Source: Hydrurus foetidus
Taxonomy: Eukaryota
Direction of reading: 5' to 3'
Assembly (NCBI GenBank): GCA_900617105.1
Contig: UYFQ01000686.1
Span: 1-37,138 of the forward strand
Length of the DNA stretch: 37,138 nucleotides
Part shown: positions 30,441 to 37,138 of the stretch, in pieces
How positions within the stretch are numbered: the first letter of the stretch is position 1
Layout of the letters: every line of letters starts with the position of its first letter
Program-made: the position numbers and the translations under genes
The notes under the pieces: model-generated
What the model saw: only the letters and a program-made list of their open reading frames with translations
What the model was told of the DNA's origin: nothing
Databases searched by the model: none

Positions 30441-31495
30441 CTATTCCAAGAGTTTCGGTATAGCCCGGATAAGTCTTCCTAACTTTTCTGACAACTGAAT
30501 CATAGCATCTTGCACGACCTCTTTCGCGTACAAGGCCCCTGTGGTCTCCACTGTGAATGTGAATCGGTCAGGAGAGTGCCGCACCTCGACTGCTAATTTG
30601 TCCTCTGGAGACCTTCTGAAATCTTCCAACGTGTAGATGCACTCCTTGCAGAATATGCACGCAGAAGAATCTGTTATAACAACTGCACCGGAGTTCTCTT
30701 CCATTGCGAACACCTCTGTGGGGCAGCAATCTACTAACGTCGCCTTCTGTTCTTCTGTATATTGATCCAAACTACAAAATTGGCAACAATCCAATATGAA
30801 TGATGTAAGACAAATCAGGAGACTCAGGCATGTGCAGTTCTCTTCAAAAGAACAGAATTTCCAATTCAAAATACTTACATTTCGTCGTTAAGTTTTACTA
30901 TTGGGTCATACTTCAGCGCAACTGTAGCGACAGGGGACCACTTCGCATGTTCCTTTCCGATGCCCTTTATCGCAATGGCTTCAAACTTGATGCGCTGGCC
31001 GGGGCCTAACTTAATAATCACAATACCTTTGTCATGCGATGTTACTTCCTCATTCTCATCGCAAAAATGCACCGGTTGTACGTTGTCATTGTGGCTAATA
31101 AGATCCTGAGACGTTACGTTGATAGCCAGTCCGAGAGGATGATCAGCTAATTTCTCCACCATTGTATTATAGTCGCAATCTAAAGAGAATCTGACAGAAC
31201 AGGCATTGCAGTTTCCGTCACCAATGCAGTCACAGGCATGTATGTAATTCCAGTCTTTCATGGGTTTTCTGGACCGAAGAGGTATGAGTCCCAAACGATG
31301 GGCGATAAATTCGTCTTGCAAAGCGGAGTTATTATCCTCGAATTCGACTTTGTCGATACACATTGTTGGAACCTCTGCAATCATTATCCTTCTTAGGGAA
31401 TTTGCCATGCTGACATCTGTTTCTGTGAGTTCGAAGATCGCCAAGTCTTTCTTCAATTCGAGTATTTTGATGTTTGGAAGTCGACTGTTGGGCAT
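30441..31495 (-). CDS. RPB3: RNA polymerase II subunit RPB3; exons 31495..30879 and 30771..30441, intron 30772..30878 (315 aa)
   Basis: ANSLRRIMIAEVPT, DEFIAHRLGLIPL, zinc motif CDC...CNAC, KGIGKEHAKWSP, FTFTVETTGAL. GTAAGT..TAG intron restores the frame. Confidence 0.93.
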
Positions 31496-31683
31496 TTTGG
31501 ACAGCAATCACTCCCTTGAGGCACTCCGATTCTTTTGTAAAGACACCTCAATTTAACCTTGTCCTGGGGCAGTTCGACACGATCTCGCGTCTTCAGAAGA
31601 GTCTTTCTGTCTCTCGACCCAGCAAAGAATACAACTCAACTCACATACGGAATACGAATGTAATGTGAAGCGGGTATAATATG

Positions 31684-31970
31684 TAGAGCTTGTGGCCGGT
31701 GCCTTGGCCGGTGCCTTGGCCGGCCGGCCTGGCACCGGCCACATCTGCACCTACCATATTAGGGGTAAATTTACCGAAATATAGGGTGACTTTCTAGAAT
31801 TTTAGGGGTAGCTCACAAAATTTTCGTACTTTTGGGGGGTTATTTCACGGTTTTGGGTATTTGACTCCCTTACACGGTTTAAATCATTGGCCGGCCGGCC
31901 AACAGGCCAATGGCAGAAAGTTTAGGCCGGCCAGGCCGAAGCCTGATTTGGTCGTCGGCCACAAGCTCTA
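31684..31970. mobile_element. hAT-like MITE (287 bp) upstream of RPB3
   Basis: Perfect 15-bp TIR TAGAGCTTGTGGCCG (31684-98 / 31956-70); GGCCGG-rich subterminal repeats; TSD not clean. Confidence 0.8.
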
Positions 31971-32419
31971 ATATTGTTGAGGTCAAAACAAAACGCAAAA
32001 TCTGTGAAATTCTCTCAAAAGAAATTTTCTCTCTCAAAAGATTTTCGTCCCCAAAGCAAGGGGGTATAGAAGGAGAGGGGGCGGTTTCGAGACCCATCCC
32101 CACTCAAACAAATTCTCACCTCAGTCTCACTCAACTCTGAACTACCCGAATGCAAGAGACATCATGAATGCTGCAATAGAACTCCACTTTGGCAGCATAG
32201 GGCAAATCCAAGAACTTCAGCGCGTCCTCGTCGATCGGCCATGACGGTTCGACTCATTTTCCGCCCCTCCTGACATACAAATTTTGTCTGCGACGGCGCG
32301 TCGCTATTTGGCTCGTCCCAACCAAGGTAAGCTTCTCTCGACCAAGTTGAAAACCGAATATTGATCTTCACCTTGGCAAATTTTGAGAGTAGCTCAACTC
32401 GTGCACAACTAGATGATTG

Positions 32420-32692
32420 TGTAGCCTAGCACGTACGTTCACCGTACGCTTCGTATACGTTTGTATATATTCACGTATGTATATAATTCACGCACCCATA
32501 GTCTATTTTCATCCACATCAACTGTCCACCGGTAACGGACGCTCATCAGCATCAGCACCCTTGTAGCCTATCGTTTGTGTCTGTTGTTAGCTGCTTGCTC
32601 GCTTCTTTCACAAACTGTAACTAACCTAACAGTTTACTCCAGCATACCGTCTTTACCCGGATTCTTCGTACTCGAATCCGGCCGCGACTACA
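32420..32692 (+). repeat. Candidate 5' LTR of gypsy element G2 (273 bp)
   Basis: TGTAGCC...GACTACA termini (same style as the LTR at 21688..21952); TATA-like motifs at about 32464-32486; 100 bp upstream of the gag ATG. Confidence 0.72.
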
Positions 32693-32704
32693 ATATTAAT
32701 ATTG
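32691..32704 (+). other. Perfect palindrome at the G2 PBS position
   Basis: CAATATTAATATTG; the 12-bp core AATATTAATATT starts at the LTR terminal A. No TGG PBS. Confidence 0.72.
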
Positions 32705-32792
32705 AGAGTTGTTAGACGAACTCTCGTTACTGGAGAGCTAGATAGATTTTCAACCGCCGACATCCGACGACCATCTGGCACTGATCACCAGT

Positions 32793-34886
32793 ATGGTTTC
32801 CAGCAACCGACGAAGACTTTCCAGGGTATCGGCCGTTTCGACGGCTCCCCTGTCGATTTCACAGGAAGCGCCATCAACTGACGCTGTCGACGAAATCGTC
32901 GCCAACAGCCAGGACGCTAGCACAACGGGAGATTCCGACTCGGCGAATCCTCCCTCGCTTCCAGATCCATCTGTTGCTGCGACTGATGTCGCAGCCCATC
33001 TATCTATCGCCTCTAACCCCTTCTCGAATTTGGCCCCCGGCGTGGGAGGGGGAAACCCCTTGCAAAATTTTTTGCAGCCATCTTCCGCTCCATCTGGAGC
33101 TTTTACAGCGGATCTAGCGATATCCCAAGCGGGGGAAGTCTCTGTTGAACATCAACAACTTCCCCAGCGAGTGGATGGAGTATTTTTGGAGCCGGCGCCT
33201 TCGCCACCAGCACCATCACCATCATCATCCACGATGATAGCCGCCACCGCCGACATCACCGCCATCACCGCCATCACCGCCATCGCCGCCACCGACATCA
33301 CGCCACTACCTGTCATTGTGCGTGATGTCTTACCTGCTTTGCCTGTGCTGCCTGTGTTATCTGCCGCAGTTTTGCCTGCAAACCCGGTGCAAACCGATTC
33401 CCTGTTGCCCACTTCCGACAGCAATGTCATGAACAGTAATGTTCAGAGTGTGGCAACTTTTGCTACCGTTGGTGGTGTTACTACCGATGTTGTTGTTTCA
33501 AACCTTGCTGCACGCTATCTATTACCTCATGAAAAGGTTAGAAAGCTCAGCAAGGTTCCAACTCATCTGGAAGTTTTAAGCATCACCAACGACCTTCGCA
33601 AGAATGGTTGCCCCTATACGTTTCTTGACGTGGTACCATTAGACGTCGAGCAATCTCTTGTAACACTCCTGCAAAGGCAGTATTGCACTGAGAGAGCAAT
33701 TCGCGACGAGTGCGAAGAGTGGAAGTCATGGACTACCGAGAGATTCTGCAAAGAACTCCTCAAGGCAGTACCTGATGAGTCCATCGATACACCTTTGGGT
33801 CAGGCATCGTTCCTCGAGCAAGTCTCATCGTTCAATTTCAGATTTGATTTGAACAACATTGAGACTGACTCCTGTAACGATACTGCCCTTGGTGCATTGG
33901 TAGCAAATTTCCCCAGCACTACTGCTGAGGAACAGCTTAAGGCTGTTAAGATTCTAGAGCGTCAGTTGCCTACCCACCCCGTCAATTGGCAGCTCATCTT
34001 ACGCCGCAAGGTGAACGGTGAGACTGTTCCAATCAACGATTTGAAAGATTTTCGATTCGTTTGGTGGACGCAACTGACTACTCTCAGAAACTCAGCTAAC
34101 GAGCTTCGGGCTGCTGGTTATGAGGTTACTCCAGGCCCAGCTACGCGTTCTAAAGATAAGCCTATCTCCAAACGCGCTGCTGAGCCTGATGAGGACACCA
34201 TCAAACCACGTGCTAAGTCCGCGAAGACTGCAAAGTCTTCGAATCCCTCAACCACTCGCACCGTACAGGTCTGTGTTGGTTGTGGAAGATCTAATCACAC
34301 TATCTCTGTGTGTAGATTTACTGCATCACCCTACTTCAATTCTTCTGACAGTGCATATGCTGATAGCAATGCATTTAAGAAACTGAAAAAGGATTACCCT
34401 GATGCATTGGTTGCAAGAGGAGCGTACGTGCCTACCACCTCCTCTTCTTCCTCTTCTTCTACTGCTACCGCGTCAGCCTCGGCTGTACCGGAGGGTCCGT
34501 CTAAGCCGGTCACTAAGCAAAAGAGCTTAAAGAAGACAAGTAAGTTATCATCAACTATTAGTTTCACTGATGTTGTTATTCCTTCTTCCATATTGGGAGC
34601 TCTTACGAACCTTTCGTCAGCCGACTTTCTAACTGCTACTGTCACCTATGTGTCACAGCCCAGCCAGCCAAGAAATGAAGTCCAAGTGCTGATCGATACG
34701 GGATCGCTCGCCGGCAATTTTGTTGCCATGCGTGTAATTAAGAATTTTCATTTAGAAGAATTTATTATTTTCGACAAGACACTGACTGTTTGTTCAGCCT
34801 TAGATGGAAAATGTTATAACATTTCTAAGTCTATAAATTTGAAAATGACTTACTTTTCTGAACGTTTAAATAAAAATACTTTTTAA
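32793..34886 (+). CDS. gag: G2 gag fused to the protease N-terminal half
   Basis: CVGCGRSNHTISVC zinc knuckle; LIDTGS. The frame breaks at a T-run (34880-84) and the protease continues in the -1 frame (DVVIGR). Confidence 0.9.
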   Translation: MVSSNRRRLSRVSAVSTAPLSISQEAPSTDAVDEIVANSQDASTTGDSDSANPPSLPDPSVAATDVAAHLSIASNPFSNLAPGVGGGNPLQNFLQPSSAPSGAFTADLAISQAGEVSVEHQQLPQRVDGVFLEPAPSPPAPSPSSSTMIAATADITAITAITAIAATDITPLPVIVRDVLPALPVLPVLSAAVLPANPVQTDSLLPTSDSNVMNSNVQSVATFATVGGVTTDVVVSNLAARYLLPHEKVRKLSKVPTHLEVLSITNDLRKNGCPYTFLDVVPLDVEQSLVTLLQRQYCTERAIRDECEEWKSWTTERFCKELLKAVPDESIDTPLGQASFLEQVSSFNFRFDLNNIETDSCNDTALGALVANFPSTTAEEQLKAVKILERQLPTHPVNWQLILRRKVNGETVPINDLKDFRFVWWTQLTTLRNSANELRAAGYEVTPGPATRSKDKPISKRAAEPDEDTIKPRAKSAKTAKSSNPSTTRTVQVCVGCGRSNHTISVCRFTASPYFNSSDSAYADSNAFKKLKKDYPDALVARGAYVPTTSSSSSSSTATASASAVPEGPSKPVTKQKSLKKTSKLSSTISFTDVVIPSSILGALTNLSSADFLTATVTYVSQPSQPRNEVQVLIDTGSLAGNFVAMRVIKNFHLEEFIIFDKTLTVCSALDGKCYNISKSINLKMTYFSERLNKNTF

Positions 34887-35349
34887 ATTTCAAAGCAATT
34901 ATTTTAAACAAGTCTTCAGTCGATGTTGTGATCGGACGAGTGACAATTCGGGAATCACAAATATTCCTCGAGTTGCCTAGTCAATTAGCATCGACTAATA
35001 TAGTGCACAGGGCAGCGACCTCAGTAACACCCCAAAGGGTTATTGTATCAGGTCTACTAGCTTCTCTCGTCATTCAATCCGAGAATACATCTCAACTGGC
35101 TATGCCAGATGATGATGAAATCGGTGAACATGAGGCTAGTACCTTTTCACCTTGGTTACCGGATACCAATCCGGAACCGGTTGACCCAGTATCCCTGATT
35201 AACATATCGGGTACTCCTGAACTTCAGGAGTTGATTAGACTACTCTGTATTGAATACAGAGATATCTTTTCAAATACACTTTCATCTCAGCCTGCTTCTA
35301 TTCCTCCTTTTGATCTGGTTGTTCAGGACCCTAAGTGGCGTGTCTCTAA
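34880..35349 (+). pseudogene. G2 protease C-terminus and linker, bounded by two homopolymer frameshifts
   Basis: DVVIGR...LCIEYRDIF...PASIPPFDL aligns with G1 LCTEFIDIF...PARIPPFDI. Confidence 0.8.
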
Positions 35350-37138
35350 AATAGACAACCACCTAGACCTCAATCAGCAGCCAATCAGAAGGAGATTACT
35401 AGACAATTAAATATCCTCATTGAGCAGGGTATTATTGAGAAATCCACGGCGGCTTATTATAGCCAAGGATTTTTAGTAACTAAGGCTGACGGATCTAAAA
35501 GATTCGTTATAGATTACCGTAACTTGAACGAATGTACGGAACATGCCTCTTGGCCCGTACCGAACATAACGGAAATGTTACAGAGAATCGGTTCTCAGAA
35601 ACCGACGATCTTTGGCACGGTGGATTTTGCTCAAGCATACCATCAAGCCGCATTAACACTCGCTACTAAAAAATATACTTCGTTTATATTATATAGTGGT
35701 GTCTATCAGTTTACTAGACTACCTTTTGGTCTAAAGCAAGCACCTTCTTATTTTCAAGAGATGATTGCTACTGAAGTGTTAAATACGTTACTTTATAGAA
35801 TTTTAGAAATTTATATCGATGACGTTAACATTTTTGGAAACAGTCCTGACAACTTTGTTGCACGACTGCGAGAATTCTTTTCTCGCGTTCGTCTCCATAA
35901 AATGATCCTTAAACCATCCAAATGTTATCTTGGCTATGCCGATTTAAAATTTGTTGGTAAGGTTATATCACAAGAGGGACTTAGAATGTCCCAGAGTAAA
36001 ATCCAATTAGTTTTGGATTTTCCTTGTCCTACTGTATCCAAACAACTTAAAAGTTTTCTTGGATTGGTAAACTATTTCCGTGATTTCATCAGAAATCAGT
36101 CTACGATAGTAAGACCGTTACATGCGTTACTTACAAATTATCAAAGAACAAAACGGATAGTATGGACACCAGAAGCAACTTCTGCTTTTAATGAAATAAA
36201 GGAACAAGTATCGAAATGTACTACCATTCATTTCATTAGTGATACTGCACCAATCACGTTGCACACTGATGCATCTGATTATGGTATCGGTGGTTACCTC
36301 TTCCAGACTATTGATGGAAAGGACTATCCGGTTGCATTTGTAAGCAAATCTCTTTCTGGGTCTCAACTTCGTTGGTCCACTATTCAAAAGGAAGCTTATG
36401 CAATTTACTATTCTTGTATTTTTCTACAATCACTTTTACGTGATAGATTATTTACAATTCGAACGGATCATAGAAATCTGTTATACATATATAACAATTC
36501 TAATCCAATGATTGTTCGGTGGTATGTAGCACTCTCAGAGTATACATATAAAATTGAATTTATTAAAGGTGTTGATAATGATATCGCCGACTCTATGTCT
36601 CGACTATGTCGTAACAATATGATCGACTCACCTAAGGAATACTCTGCAGATATGATTCTTGCAGCAGCTATTATTCCGAAAATTCAACTCACCGATATGC
36701 AATACAATGCTATATCATCAGTTCACAATTCTATGGTTGGTCATTTTGGACTAGCCAGAACTATGAAACGATTGAAAGCAAATCAACATAAGTGGGAATT
36801 CATGGAAAATCATGTTAGATATTTCATTGACTTTTGCCCACAATGTCAAAAGATGAGTATGATTAAAATACCTATTCATGCTCATCCTTTTACGACTTCG
36901 TCGTATTACCCTATGGAATGTTTAAACATCGACTTTGTCGGTCCATTTCCTGACGGAGGACATATCCTCGTTATCATTGATACATTCACTCGTTGGACTG
37001 AATTGTATCATACTACTGATTCAACTGCACTATCCGCCGCCCAATGTCTAATACAACATTTTGGTCGTTTCGGAGCACCTCATCAGTTAAGATCAGATAA
37101 CGGTCCCCACTTTATTGCTGACGTAATGCGTGAGTTTA
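35350..37138 (+). CDS. pol: G2 pol: RT, RNase H and integrase (open to the window end; absent from the ORF track)
   Basis: Manual translation, no stops: RFVIDYRNLN, YIDD, TDASDYG, HNSMVGH...CPQC (HHCC), IDFVGP, RSDNG. Confidence 0.95.

Larger units (their letters stand above)
32420..37138 (+). mobile_element. Ty3/gypsy LTR retrotransposon G2, related to G1; runs off the right edge
   Basis: gag-PR-RT-RH-IN order; RT and RNase H align by eye with G1 (YQFTRLPFGLKxAPSYFQEM, WSTIQKEAYAIY). Confidence 0.95.

Noticed and set aside
30441..30869. Separate 142-aa gene
   Set aside because: It is RPB3 exon 2 read through from intron sequence.
31975..32419. TGTTG at 31975 as the G2 LTR start
   Set aside because: TGTAG at 32420 pairs with the CTACA end and matches the length and termini of the LTR at 21688..21952. 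This segment is left unassigned.
33240..33305. GCCATCACC microsatellite
   Set aside because: Ordinary coding slippage repeat (AIT)n in the disordered gag N-terminus.
34878..35352. Programmed ribosomal frameshifts in G2
   Set aside because: Both breaks sit in homopolymers (T5, A4) inside protease or linker and lack an in-frame X XXY YYZ heptamer. Single-base loss (decay or sequencing error) explains them.

Overview
Eukaryotic, transposon-dense window; the spliceosomal introns and the CoDi-like copia suggest a stramenopile, which is inference. Left to right: (1) a minus-strand Ty3/gypsy element whose RT-connection/RNase H segment is amplified into at least 8 tandem 477-479 bp copies; (2) a decayed MULE transposase; (3) a two-gene PIF/Harbinger element; (4) a deeply nested stack of TIR elements (MITEs, two hAT-like, one Tc1/mariner-like and others), one carrying a captured chromovirus 3' end; (5) a full-length copia with 317-bp LTRs and ATATA TSD; (6) two convergent host genes (an SR-rich protein and RNA polymerase II subunit RPB3, one intron); (7) a second gypsy element running off the right edge. 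Main discovery candidate: none of the three LTR elements with a visible 5' end has a tRNA-type (TGG...) primer-binding site. Both gypsy elements instead carry a perfect 12-bp palindrome, of different sequence but identical register, at the 5' LTR boundary. The copia PBS position is complementary (11 nt) to its own LTR just downstream of a TATA box. This suggests tRNA-independent priming. All calls were made by eye, with no database searches.
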